A DNA stretch of 64,000 bases from Candidatus Woesearchaeota archaeon (GTDB lineage Archaea; Nanobdellota; Nanobdellia; Pacearchaeales; GW2011-AR1). A program made the position numbers and the translations under genes. Every line of letters starts with the position of its first letter. The stretch's first letter is position 1. Under the pieces are notes generated by a model. That model was not told the origin of the DNA. It ran no database searches and worked only from the letters and a program-made list of their open reading frames with translations. The stretch covers positions 1,991-65,990 of the forward strand of contig CAZUKQ010000003.1 in the NCBI GenBank assembly GCA_964621025.1, written 5' to 3'. Below are positions 53,785 to 62,612 of the stretch, piece by piece.

Positions 53785-54468
53785 TTATTTTTTATCCTTA
53801 ACAAATGCATAGTCTCCTGAAAGAACATTCTTTGAACCATCAAAAGTAGTACCCAAAACAAGAGCATTGCAATAATTTGAATAAGTAAGTTCTTTAACAT
53901 CCCTCATCCCTTCCTCGAGTAAAGAATCTTCTGTACAAGTTAAAAAAGCATTCTTAGCTACTCCCGGAATAATAACTCTTTCTGCTCCGAAAAAATTCTC
54001 GAGAGTCTTTCTTTCTAAAGGCATAGTGTATACGGGAATTTTATCCAATTCACCACGAATACGTCCTCTAAACAGTAAAGAAGAATATTCATAATTTCCG
54101 CCTAATTTTTTTGTGGAAGAGCCTGTAAAAAAAGGAAATCTTATCTCCTCATTAGAATTATAATTTGCCTGAAAATCATAAAGACTGTATTCTCCAGACT
54201 CATGGTTACCTACCCCTATAAAAAACTGATTTTTACCCACTGAAGAAGAATCGGAGGAAGGAAAAATACAAACCCTAAATCCAAATAAAAACCCAATTTT
54301 TCCAGATTTAGTCATTCCAGTATTTGGAGAGATAAAATCCCAATGAAATCTTTCTTGAGATCTGCTAAGTTTTCCGAGAGTATCTTCTCTAATAGTCAAT
54401 AACTTTTCCCATTGCTCATTGCCTACATTTTCTCTAGTATATCTCTCTACAACACCTTTGCTGATCAT
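53785..54468 (-). CDS. Hypothetical protein, 227 aa
   Basis: Clean ORF with no recognisable motif. Confidence 0.5.
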   Translation of the reverse strand: MISKGVVERYTRENVGNEQWEKLLTIREDTLGKLSRSQERFHWDFISPNTGMTKSGKIGFLFGFRVCIFPSSDSSSVGKNQFFIGVGNHESGEYSLYDFQANYNSNEEIRFPFFTGSSTKKLGGNYEYSSLLFRGRIRGELDKIPVYTMPLERKTLENFFGAERVIIPGVAKNAFLTCTEDSLLEEGMRDVKELTYSNYCNALVLGTTFDGSKNVLSGDYAFVKDKK

Positions 54469-54550
54469 ACTCTTCTCATCAAAAAGAGATTAATAAATAT
54501 TCTTACACTAAACAATACACTTAAAAATCTAAAAAAACTTCTAAAAGTAC

Positions 54551-54623
54551 AGCCCTATAGTCTAGCGGTCAAGGATACAGCCCTTTGGAGGCTGGGACCC
54601 AGGTTCGAATCCTGGTAGGGCTA
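54551..54623 (+). tRNA. tRNA-Gln (TTG)
   Basis: AGCCCTA-TA-GTCT-AGCGGTCAA-GGAT-A-CAGCC-CTTTGGA-GGCTG-GGAC-CCAGG-TTCGAAT-CCTGG-TAGGGCT-A, with an A1:U72 pair. Confidence 0.9.
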
Positions 54624-54624
54624 T

Positions 54625-54798
54625 ATGCCAGTTATAGCAAGAGTAAATCAAAGAGAACTTGAAAAAGACCAAGGCTATCAAGAATCTGTAGGAAGAGCAA
54701 GAGCTTCCGCACAAGATTATCAAAGGGTAAATGATTTAGAAAAATATTATGATACACTCAGAATGCAAAGCAGAAGAATACAATATGCATTAAGATAA
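54625..54798 (+). CDS. Small hypothetical protein, 57 aa (below ORF-track cutoff)
   Basis: Hand translation gives MPVIARVNQRELEKDQGYQESVGRARASAQDYQRVNDLEKYYDTLRMQSRRIQYALR*. It starts 2 nt after tRNA-Gln, so coding status is uncertain. Confidence 0.25.
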   Translation: MPVIARVNQRELEKDQGYQESVGRARASAQDYQRVNDLEKYYDTLRMQSRRIQYALR

Positions 54799-54837
54799 TT
54801 TTAAACAAAATAATTTTCTTTTCTAAAGAAAGTAAGC

Positions 54838-54984
54838 CTAAACTTTGATTCCAGATTCCTTAACATTCTCGTCATGCTGGTCCATATCGCCACCAAGCAA
54901 GCAACTAAAGCAAGTATGAACACTTCCGTCTTGTTCTTTCACAAAACCTTTCCCATGACATTTTGGACAATTTGGATTTGACAT
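54838..54984 (-). CDS. Small zinc-ribbon protein, 48 aa (below ORF-track cutoff)
   Basis: Hand translation gives MSNPNCPKCHGKGFVKEQDGSVHTCFSCLLGGDMDQHDENVKESGIKV*. It has CxxCxGxG ... CxxC cysteine pairs. Confidence 0.45.
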   Translation of the reverse strand: MSNPNCPKCHGKGFVKEQDGSVHTCFSCLLGGDMDQHDENVKESGIKV

Positions 54985-55090
54985 AGAAAATTAAGGAAAC
55001 TGGTGTATTTAAGAGTATATGTGGCAGAGTATATATTTCAAAAAAATAGATTATAACAAGCTTTAAAAACCAATTTTTACAACTAAAAAC

Positions 55091-55438
55091 ATGGCAAAAA
55101 CATCACAAAAACCTTTATGGTTGAAAATGAGTGAAGAAGACTTGAAGAAAGTTATAAAGGAACTTGCAGATAAATATCAACCTGCACAAATCGGAATTAT
55201 ATTAAGAGACCAATACGGAGTTCCAAGCACAAAAGTCTACGGAAAGAAGCTTAAAGCTTATTTGAAAGAACTTGGTGTAGACTCAAACCCTGACCTAGAA
55301 AACGCTCAAAAGAAATTCGACAGAATAACAGAACACATGAAAGAGAACGTAACAGACAAAAGATCCAAGCATAAAATGCAAAAAGCTCAAACAAGATTGA
55401 ACATTCTTAGAAAATATTTCGCGCGAAGAAAAAAGTAA
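55091..55438 (+). CDS. rps15: 30S ribosomal protein S15 (uS15; S13e type)
   Basis: PAQIGIILRDQYGVPSTK...PDLENAQKK...HMKENVTDKRSKHKMQKAQTRLNILRKYF fits archaeal uS15. Confidence 0.85.
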   Translation: MAKTSQKPLWLKMSEEDLKKVIKELADKYQPAQIGIILRDQYGVPSTKVYGKKLKAYLKELGVDSNPDLENAQKKFDRITEHMKENVTDKRSKHKMQKAQTRLNILRKYFARRKK

Positions 55439-55524
55439 AAAAGTTCTTTAAAAAGTTGTGTATTTTTATAAAGTAGTGATAAACCTTTATAAAGAAAATT
55501 GATTGTTAGATAACACTTAAGTCA

Positions 55525-55531
55525 GAGGTGA
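55525..55531 (+). promoter_or_regulatory. Shine-Dalgarno-like site for the DHH gene
   Basis: GAGGTGA lies 3 nt upstream of the ATG at 55535. Unlike most genes in the window, this one has a ~45-nt leader after TATA-like CCTTTATAAAG (~55485). Confidence 0.5.
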
Positions 55532-55534
55532 CAA

Positions 55535-56854
55535 ATGCAACAACTAATAAACAAAATCTCCGAGGAATTTCTCTCTCTTTCAAATGATAAACGAATACGA
55601 ATTATCTCTCACCACGACACTGACGGAATAACTTCTGCTGCTATTTTAACAAAAACTTTTCAAAGACTAGATAAAAAATTTTCAGTTAGAATTGTAAAAG
55701 GCCTTGACGAAGAGATAATTAGAGAAGAATTGAAAAGAAACGACAAAGAAATTCTTATTTTCTCTGATTTAGCTTCAAGTAATCTTCAACATTTGCAAAA
55801 TTTAATACAACCTGTTTTCATTTTAGACCACCACGAAATAGACAAAGACAAAATCACAGATAAAATAAAAGTAATCAACCCTCATTTAGTAAACGGCGAC
55901 GACATTTGTGGTGCTGCAGTTTGCTATTTATTTGCAAAACAAATCTCCCCAAAAAATAAAGACTTGGCAAAACTTGCGATTATCGGAATGATCGGAGACA
56001 GACATGAAAAAAACATTTCTAAAACTTATCAAGAAATAATCAACGACTCAGAAGGATTGGAAATTAAAAAAAGTTTACTTATATTCTCAGCAACACGGCC
56101 ATTAAGAAGATCTTTATTTTATTCTACCTCTTGCTATATTCCTGGCGTCACCGGTTCTACTGAAGGAGTAAGAGAAATATTAAGAGAAAATAATATATCT
56201 CCTGAAAGAACTTTACATGAATTAAATGACGAAGAAATTTCAAAATTAGTAACCTCTGTAATGGTTCGAAGAGCAGGAAAAAGAAATGAAGACGAAATAA
56301 TCGGAAATGTTTATTTATTAAAATTTTTCAATAGAAAAGAAGATGTTAGAGAGTTAAGTTTGCTAATCAACTCCTGTTCAAGACAGGGGCACCATTCTAC
56401 TGCAATCTTCTTTTGTTTAGAAAATGCTGCAGCAAAAAAAGAGGCTGAAGATTTATACATCCAATATAAACAAGAGTTAATTTCCGGATTGAAAGTAGCT
56501 GAAAAAATAGAAAAACAAAGAGGAAACGGCTATGTAATCCTCAACGCGAAAGAAACAATTAAAGATGCCTTAATAGGAACAATCTGCTCAATGATTTCTT
56601 CTTCCCCAGATTACGACGAAGGAACAATCCTTATAGGTATGGCCTACAACCAAGACAAAATAAAAGTCTCGGCGAGAATTGCAGGAGTCGGTGGAAAGAA
56701 CTTAAAAGAAGTTTTAGAAAAATCAGTTCTGAATTTAAAAGCAGAAGTTGGTGGCCACGATATGGCTGCAGGCTGTTTAATTAACATGGCTGACGAAGAA
56801 ATATTTGTTCAACAACTAATGAAAAATTTACAAATAGAAGTAGTTAAGATTTAG
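55535..56854 (+). CDS. DHH/DHHA1 phosphoesterase (RecJ/Cdc45-like, GAN-type)
   Basis: It has DHH motifs (ISHHDTDGITSAAIL, IFSDLA, ILDHHE) and a DHHA1 motif (VGGHDMAAG). Size is 439 aa. Confidence 0.75.
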   Translation: MQQLINKISEEFLSLSNDKRIRIISHHDTDGITSAAILTKTFQRLDKKFSVRIVKGLDEEIIREELKRNDKEILIFSDLASSNLQHLQNLIQPVFILDHHEIDKDKITDKIKVINPHLVNGDDICGAAVCYLFAKQISPKNKDLAKLAIIGMIGDRHEKNISKTYQEIINDSEGLEIKKSLLIFSATRPLRRSLFYSTSCYIPGVTGSTEGVREILRENNISPERTLHELNDEEISKLVTSVMVRRAGKRNEDEIIGNVYLLKFFNRKEDVRELSLLINSCSRQGHHSTAIFFCLENAAAKKEAEDLYIQYKQELISGLKVAEKIEKQRGNGYVILNAKETIKDALIGTICSMISSSPDYDEGTILIGMAYNQDKIKVSARIAGVGGKNLKEVLEKSVLNLKAEVGGHDMAAGCLINMADEEIFVQQLMKNLQIEVVKI

Positions 56855-57057
56855 TCTCGAGGTTCTAAAGCTTTCAAATCGCAAATAATTCCTTCTAGCT
56901 GAACCCTTACTGCAAGATTTGTCCATCTATGATTCTGCTCTGGAGAAAGTTGTAATCTTTCGTTGCATTCTTTATACTTTCCTTCCCAAAAACTCACAAG
57001 ATAAGGAGGTAATCCTTTTGGAGGTTTTGAATAGTCAATTGGTTGATTGTCTTCCAT
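56851..57057 (-). CDS. Hypothetical small protein, 68 aa
   Basis: ORF convergent with the DHH gene (4-nt overlap). No recognisable motif. Confidence 0.35.
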   Translation of the reverse strand: MEDNQPIDYSKPPKGLPPYLVSFWEGKYKECNERLQLSPEQNHRWTNLAVRVQLEGIICDLKALEPRD

Positions 57058-57114
57058 AAAAAACCAAAAGAAAAGACGCTTTTAAACATTGCAGTTTACG
57101 GAAAACCCAATATA

Positions 57115-57131
57115 ATAAACCTTAAAAAGCC
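57115..57131 (+). promoter_or_regulatory. BRE/TATA promoter of rps27e (17-nt identical copy at 4545-4561 upstream of rps17e)
   Basis: ATAAACCTTAAAAAGCC occurs verbatim upstream of both r-protein genes, ~20-35 nt before each ATG. Confidence 0.55.
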
Positions 57132-57149
57132 TCAATTTAACACTATACT

Positions 57150-57317
57150 ATGGCAAAAGCAAAATTCGTAAGAGTAAAATGTTCTAAATGTAAGAATGCA
57201 CAAGTTATATTTGGTAAAGCTGCAACAAAGGTAAAATGCCTTGAATGCGGTGGAATCATTGCTCTTCCCTCTGGTGGAAACGCAAAAATCAGAGCAAGAG
57301 TAGAAGAAGTTCTTTAA
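57150..57317 (+). CDS. rps27e: 30S ribosomal protein S27e (eS27), 55 aa (below ORF-track cutoff)
   Basis: Hand translation gives MAKAKFVRVKCSKCKNAQVIFGKAATKVKCLECGGIIALPSGGNAKIRARVEEVL*. It has the CxxC...CxxC zinc ribbon and the FxxVxC..C...q.vF pattern of eS27. Confidence 0.85.
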   Translation: MAKAKFVRVKCSKCKNAQVIFGKAATKVKCLECGGIIALPSGGNAKIRARVEEVL

Positions 57318-57364
57318 TCCGCCAAGTTAATTAGATTTTTATAGCTAGTAATTCTCGAAACAAT

Positions 57365-57928
57365 ATGGTAAAAACTGCTTTATTTGATATGGATGAAACC
57401 GTCTGTGATACTTGGGGACAAACCATCAAAGATTTATCTTCTTATTTTCCTCAAAAAGTTCTTTTAGATCTTGTTCCCTATGATGAATCAATGCCCTTAG
57501 AAATCCGAACAAAAATAAAGGAAATAAGAAATAGGGCTGGTTGGTGGAGAACTTTACCAACAATTGAAAGTGGAACACAACTATGGCAATATATGCGAGG
57601 ACTTGGATTTGAAACAGCCTTGGCAACAAAGGGTCCTTGGCTTGAACCACAAGCCTGGGGAGAAAAATTCCAATGGCAAAAAGAAATTCTTCCAGAAGCA
57701 GATGAGATTATTGTAACTTCAAAGAATAAAAATCGAGTAGACGGAGAAGTTTTAGTAGATGACTGGCCAAAATATGTTAGGGGTTTCTTAAAGAAACATC
57801 GTAGATCCGTAGCAATTGTTCCAGAAAGACAGTACAATCTAGACTTCAGACATCCGAGAGCAATTCACTACAATGGGAAAAACTTCAAACAAATAGAACA
57901 ATTCTTGGGTGAACATAAAATAATCTGA
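57365..57928 (+). CDS. HAD-type 5'(3')-deoxyribonucleotidase-like protein
   Basis: Motif I is FDMDETVCD and the late motif is VLVDDWPKY, as in the NT5C family. Size is 187 aa. Confidence 0.5.
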   Translation: MVKTALFDMDETVCDTWGQTIKDLSSYFPQKVLLDLVPYDESMPLEIRTKIKEIRNRAGWWRTLPTIESGTQLWQYMRGLGFETALATKGPWLEPQAWGEKFQWQKEILPEADEIIVTSKNKNRVDGEVLVDDWPKYVRGFLKKHRRSVAIVPERQYNLDFRHPRAIHYNGKNFKQIEQFLGEHKII

Positions 57929-57933
57929 GCATT

Positions 57934-57946
57934 AACCTTAAAAAAC
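57934..57946 (+). promoter_or_regulatory. BRE/TATA-like promoter of the aIF2-alpha/nop10 unit
   Basis: AACCTTAAAAAAC is centred ~26 nt upstream of the ATG at 57966. Confidence 0.45.
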
Positions 57947-57965
57947 AACTTTACTATTAACAATT

Positions 57966-58670
57966 ATGCAAGAAGGAGATTTAGTATTATGTACTGTAAG
58001 AGAAATAGAAAAAACTGTTGTATTCGTAGAACTACCAAATAAGGAAAAAGGTACAATTGTTTTATCAGAAATAGCTTCAGGTAGAATTAGAAACTTGAGA
58101 GAATACGTTGTTCCTAGTAAAAAAATAGTTTGTAAAGTTCTAAGAGTTTCACCAAACCACATTGAGTTATCTTTGAGAAGAGTAAGCTCAAAAGAACAAA
58201 AAGAAGTAATGGACAAATTCAAACAAGAACAAACTTCTATGTCTGCATTAAAATCTATCTTGAAAGAAAATTATGAAACAATAAACGAAGCTATTCTGAA
58301 AGATTATACCTCACTTTTTGAATTCTTAGCAGAAGCAAGAGAAAATGAAAAAGCTCTGACAAAATATATTCCTAAAGAAGCTCAAGACCAAGTAAGAAAA
58401 TTAACCGAAAAGAAAAAGAAATTCGTTGAAGTAAAAAAAATATTAAAAATAAAATGTCTTCAGTCTGATGGAATTAAAAAAATAAAAGAAATGTTATGCA
58501 TAAATGACGAAGAGATAAAAACTGTTTACATCGCTGCAGGAGAATTTCAACTAACTTTCAAAGGTGAAGACTACAAGACTCTTAATAAAAAAGTTCAAAC
58601 AATTCTAGAAGAGATAGAAAAGAAAGCAAAGGCAAATACTTGTGAATTTACCGTCGAGGAAAAGAAGTAA
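57966..58670 (+). CDS. eif2a: Translation initiation factor 2 subunit alpha (aIF2-alpha)
   Basis: The N-terminal S1 domain reads EGDLVLCTVREIEKTVVFVELPNKEKGTIVLSEIASGRIRNLREYV...KVLRVSPNHIELSLRRV. It is followed by nop10, a conserved archaeal gene pair. Confidence 0.85.
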   Translation: MQEGDLVLCTVREIEKTVVFVELPNKEKGTIVLSEIASGRIRNLREYVVPSKKIVCKVLRVSPNHIELSLRRVSSKEQKEVMDKFKQEQTSMSALKSILKENYETINEAILKDYTSLFEFLAEARENEKALTKYIPKEAQDQVRKLTEKKKKFVEVKKILKIKCLQSDGIKKIKEMLCINDEEIKTVYIAAGEFQLTFKGEDYKTLNKKVQTILEEIEKKAKANTCEFTVEEKK

Positions 58671-58671
58671 T

Positions 58672-58821
58672 ATGACTCTACTAAAAAAATGTCAAACCTG
58701 TAAAACCTATACAATTTTTTCTAAATGTAAAAAGTGCAACGAAGAAACAAAAGATGCACACTACAGATATTTTGGTTTAAGAGACGCACCAAAAGATTTC
58801 AAGAGAAAAGAAGATCGATAA
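58672..58821 (+). CDS. nop10: H/ACA RNP protein Nop10, 49 aa (below ORF-track cutoff)
   Basis: Hand translation gives MTLLKKCQTCKTYTIFSKCKKCNEETKDAHYRYFGLRDAPKDFKRKEDR*. It has the C..C..YT....C..C zinc ribbon and the aH..rf tail of Nop10. Confidence 0.8.
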   Translation: MTLLKKCQTCKTYTIFSKCKKCNEETKDAHYRYFGLRDAPKDFKRKEDR

Positions 58822-58833
58822 ACTGAAAGAAAA

Positions 58834-60645
58834 TTATTTCAACTGTGTTCCGGCATTATTCAAAGTATAAAGAGCCAAAACTTCTGTCGAATTCAAACCT
58901 CTGTCCCAAACAGCTAATTCATCTATCGAACCACCATAATAACCATAATAACCTCTTCCGATGTGATCAAAGTATAAATCATAATTATAAGTGGCTGTTC
59001 CGCTAGGTTGCCCATTTAGATAAATGACTACATTATTACTCGTATCTCTAGTTATTGTCCACTGTTGCCAAGTATTTGCAGTAGCCGATCCGGTTGATAA
59101 AAAATACTGAGTGGAGTATCTATAGAAAGAAAGCTTAGCAAGATTGAAGTTTAAATAATGTTCAGAAGAAGAGCCTCTTCCTAGAACACTGTCTGCATTA
59201 TTAATAGTTCCAGTCATATTTGTCCAGAAGGAGATGGTGGAGGGCGCTCCCCAGCCAAGATTGATATTTCTGTTTACATAATCATTAGTTCCATCAAATT
59301 TGTAAGCTTTACCAACCTTACCTGTCTGATTGATAGCGGGATTTGTACTAGTTGCAGCAAAGGTTCCAGTTCTAGAATTTCCAGAGTAATCATATACTGT
59401 TGTTCCACTAGTTTCATTGAATGGGAAGTATAAATATAAACCTGAAGTTAAAATAGGAATTGCACAAAGATGTGTCACAGAATTACAATATTGAGAATCA
59501 CATTGGCTATGAGACCCACAAAAGGTTCCTACAGATTTATTTGCTTTACACTGATAATGGTAACTCTCACAGATATTTGACGAACAGTCACTATCAGAAC
59601 CACAATTGTCATCTACGGCTCCGTTCGAACAAACATTATAATAAGTATCGCAAAAACCAGAAGCACAGGAACTACCTGCACCACAACTAGCTAAACCTGT
59701 TACTCCGGTAGTACACTTACCTGTGTAATCTCTATCGCAGTATAAACCACTCTTACACTGACTAACATCCGAACAGTAAGAATCAACTTCTCCAGAACTA
59801 CAAGTATATGAAGCTCCGCAAATTCCAGAGTCGCAATCACTATTCGAATCACAATAATCCCCAATATTCCCCTCAATACAAAGCGTAGTTCCAGAACAAT
59901 CAAAAGTACAATCATCAATAGCACATCTACCACTTAAACAATCATTATCTGCCAAACAAGAAGCACCCAAGTTTCCAAAAGTACATCTATAACTTTGAAT
60001 GTTCCCAGAATCATAACATTGCCAACCCCTAGACGGACCATCGTTAACAGTACAAAAAGAAGGAGAAGGACAACTAACGGGCACATCATAAACCCAATCC
60101 CCTATATTGCAGTCAACGTAAGTGCTATTACAATTATGATTATTATAGGCTGTTGGAATAACTAACCCTTCTGGTGAAACATCCCCTGGAGTCTTTTCTA
60201 AATCCTGGGCATTATCTGGAAGGGTTAAAACCTCTCCCAAAATTTCTCCTTCGTTTCCATTTTCAAAAATTGGAGAAATAGTCACCTTGATAGGTTTACC
60301 AAAATCCATTAAGAGAATTTTATAGGTAGCTTGGGAATTTATTCCCGGAGCCTCTCTTTCTACAAAATAACTCCTTTGTCCATTAAAGAAAGTAATTTTA
60401 ATTTTTGTAACGTTAACATTGTCTGTTCCCCTTGTCACTTGAACTGTAGCCTGTTCACTTTCTTGATCCCAAGTAGTATACCCTTTACTCGTATCAATAG
60501 TCAAAGAAACTTTTTCCGCAGTAACTGAAGACGCAGAATCTTTAATCATGGGTATAACAGTTGACCAGATAATCGCAACAGCTGCAACAGTTATCATAAT
60601 AATCAAAACCGTTGCTACAACTGCATCTACACCCTTTTTGTTCAT
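58834..60645 (-). CDS. Pilin-N-domain protein fused to a cysteine-rich repeat region and a C-terminal LamG lectin domain (603 aa)
   Basis: The N-terminus is MNKKG|VDAVVATVLIIMITVAAVAIIW. Residues ~171-394 (nt ~59464-60135) carry about 30 Cys, including six C-x3-(S/D)-x-C-x-S-(G/N/Q)-x-(x)-C units (CLADNDCLSGRC, CDSNSDCDSGIC, CSDVSQCKSGLYC, CGAGSSCASGFC, CGSDSDCSSNIC, CGSHSQCDSQYC). Residues ~400-603 run from FDGTNDYV to GGSIDELAVWDRGLNSTEVLALY, which is a LamG domain. Confidence 0.8.
   Translation of the reverse strand: MNKKGVDAVVATVLIIMITVAAVAIIWSTVIPMIKDSASSVTAEKVSLTIDTSKGYTTWDQESEQATVQVTRGTDNVNVTKIKITFFNGQRSYFVEREAPGINSQATYKILLMDFGKPIKVTISPIFENGNEGEILGEVLTLPDNAQDLEKTPGDVSPEGLVIPTAYNNHNCNSTYVDCNIGDWVYDVPVSCPSPSFCTVNDGPSRGWQCYDSGNIQSYRCTFGNLGASCLADNDCLSGRCAIDDCTFDCSGTTLCIEGNIGDYCDSNSDCDSGICGASYTCSSGEVDSYCSDVSQCKSGLYCDRDYTGKCTTGVTGLASCGAGSSCASGFCDTYYNVCSNGAVDDNCGSDSDCSSNICESYHYQCKANKSVGTFCGSHSQCDSQYCNSVTHLCAIPILTSGLYLYFPFNETSGTTVYDYSGNSRTGTFAATSTNPAINQTGKVGKAYKFDGTNDYVNRNINLGWGAPSTISFWTNMTGTINNADSVLGRGSSSEHYLNFNLAKLSFYRYSTQYFLSTGSATANTWQQWTITRDTSNNVVIYLNGQPSGTATYNYDLYFDHIGRGYYGYYGGSIDELAVWDRGLNSTEVLALYTLNNAGTQLK
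60487..60645 (-). repeat. Conserved pilin 5' coding block, copy B (copy A at 29098-29262)
   Basis: See copy A. A third, truncated copy of the first ~13 codons lies at 61076-61114. Confidence 0.8.
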
Positions 60646-60679
60646 GACATTTCTATATATTTATAATTTATAAACCTTC

Positions 60680-61114
60680 TCACAAAACAGGATTTAGTAG
60701 GGTCAAATTCTTTTTGTTTTGTCCATTTTGGTAATAAATCAAAACCATATCTTCACTAAAGTAATACTGTTTCTTAGAATCTATAACTAATACCTTGCAT
60801 AACATCTGTTCGTTGATTTTTTCAGCACCATAAAATCTCACAGTAGAATTTTCACCAACCGAAGGAAAATCTTCTTTCATAGCATTAGTCAATGAAGGAC
60901 ACCAGGAAACATTTTCTAAACCGAGTATTGCAACAGGAGTAGTGGAATTAGCATTAGGAGCCACGTTTACTTTCACATCTTCTTTAATTCCTGAAAAAAA
61001 AGTAAAAGTAAAAATCAGAATAGCAATAACAATAACTCCCCCACTAATCCAAAAAACCCTGGACATTTTAGAATTTGTCGCTACAACTACATCTACACCT
61101 TTTTTATTAAACAT
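60680..61114 (-). CDS. Small membrane protein (paralog of 27599-27997) with a chimeric pilin-leader-like N-terminus
   Basis: MFNKKGVDVVVAT (pilin-leader fragment) is joined to NSKMSRVFWISGGVIVIAILIFTFTFF, the TM of the small-protein family. An internal alternative start MSRVFW lies at ~61066. Confidence 0.55.
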   Translation of the reverse strand: MFNKKGVDVVVATNSKMSRVFWISGGVIVIAILIFTFTFFSGIKEDVKVNVAPNANSTTPVAILGLENVSWCPSLTNAMKEDFPSVGENSTVRFYGAEKINEQMLCKVLVIDSKKQYYFSEDMVLIYYQNGQNKKNLTLLNPVL

Positions 61115-61194
61115 AAATTATCTAGGATTAGAGATTATTTAAATCTTACCAAGACTATCAAAATATTTAAATAACAAAAGTCTTCTTAGAGATT

Positions 61195-61959
61195 ATGAAA
61201 CGTTTACTACTAAAATTTTATTTTGTCCTTTTTCTATTACTCCTATTTACAATCTCACCAGTTTATGCTTCTTCAAACAAAATTGATTATCAAGTAGATT
61301 ATAATAATGATGATGTAGGAACAAAATGGAACGCCTCTAGCAACCCCCAAGTTTTACAAGATCAAGATGACACTACATTTTATGGTTTGTCTGGTGCGGG
61401 AACTATTGAAATGCCTATAAGTTTTATTTTAACAAATATAATTTCTATAGAAATTTCTTGGCACTCCGGACCAAACGGTATTGCACCTTCAAATTATTAT
61501 TTTGGATATTTAAATGAAAAAAATGAATGGGTCTTTCCAAATGAATGGAGCTCATCTGGAAGCTACCAAGAATTTAATACTCTTCATAAGTTTGTTCTAA
61601 CTACGCCTATTGAAACTTCAAAAATAAAATTAGTCCGAGAAGGAACCGGTCCAGGTTCAGGAATTGCCCTTTCGGAGTTATATGTTCTAGATTACAAAAA
61701 TGAAGACACAAATAGCCAAACCGTAGTAAACACAGACTCTAAAGACTCTAGCTCAACAAAAAAATCATCTTCTGAAAAAAAGATTACTCTTGAAAAAAAT
61801 GTCTCGGTAATCTCCTCTATTAAAAATGAAACTTTTATAGAACCCTTAACCCTTTCCTATGAAAACTCTAATCAAACAGACAATTATCTTATTTATCTTG
61901 CAACGATAACAGTTATATTAATTCTTATCTACGCTTTATTAAAAATTTTAAAGAGATAA
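61195..61959 (+). CDS. Secreted protein with a possible galactose-binding-like (discoidin-type) domain and a C-terminal TM
   Basis: It has a signal (FVLFLLLLFTISPVYA|S). The body ends ...IKLVREGTGPGSGIALSELYVLD, which resembles the C-terminal strand of F5/8-C-type domains. A Ser/Lys-rich stalk and the TM YLIYLATITVILILIYALL follow. Confidence 0.4.
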   Translation: MKRLLLKFYFVLFLLLLFTISPVYASSNKIDYQVDYNNDDVGTKWNASSNPQVLQDQDDTTFYGLSGAGTIEMPISFILTNIISIEISWHSGPNGIAPSNYYFGYLNEKNEWVFPNEWSSSGSYQEFNTLHKFVLTTPIETSKIKLVREGTGPGSGIALSELYVLDYKNEDTNSQTVVNTDSKDSSSTKKSSSEKKITLEKNVSVISSIKNETFIEPLTLSYENSNQTDNYLIYLATITVILILIYALLKILKR

Positions 61960-62541
61960 TTCTTTTTTTACAATTTGCAAATCTTCTTCCCACAACGGCA
62001 AAAGCCGTTGATTATAAATTATCGCAGCCGGATGAAAAAGAGGAATTAATTTTATCTTCAAACCCTGAACTTCAATCATTTGAACTTTTCCATGTAACTC
62101 GGTAATTCTTTTTTGTTCTTTCATCTTTGCAACATTACAACCTGCAAGAAAAAATTTAGTAGCATAATTTCCAAGAGAACAAACAACTTCAGGTTTTATT
62201 ACTTCTATTTGCTTCAACAACCAGGGCGTATGTAATCTAATCTCTTCATCTAAAGGATTCCTGTTCTCTGGAGGCCGATATTTTAAAATATTTGAAACGT
62301 AAACATCACTTAAAGAAAGTCCGACCTTAGTCAGAAGTTTATCTAAATTTTTTCCAGCAGCACCAACAAAGGGTAAACCTTGCTCGTCTTCGTTCCTTCC
62401 CGCCGCCTCTCCGATAAACATAATTTTTGCTTCAGGATTACCCTTTCCAAAAACTAGATTTTTTGCAGATTCCTTAAGGGGTAAATTAACTTCTTCATTC
62501 AACTCTCTTTCAATCTCTTTCAGTAATTTTAGATTATGCAT
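61948..62541 (-). CDS. udg: Uracil-DNA glycosylase, family 4
   Basis: [27 protein letters not shown] (GEAPG..ED..G.PFVG.AG..L) and the late FHPAAIIY motif. Confidence 0.85.
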   Translation of the reverse strand: MHNLKLLKEIERELNEEVNLPLKESAKNLVFGKGNPEAKIMFIGEAAGRNEDEQGLPFVGAAGKNLDKLLTKVGLSLSDVYVSNILKYRPPENRNPLDEEIRLHTPWLLKQIEVIKPEVVCSLGNYATKFFLAGCNVAKMKEQKRITELHGKVQMIEVQGLKIKLIPLFHPAAIIYNQRLLPLWEEDLQIVKKELSL

Positions 62542-62612
62542 CTAAACTATTCGGCTCTTAGATTTAATAATTCTTCTAGACCATTCTAAAGAACCTTTTT
62601 TAGCCGGAATTC

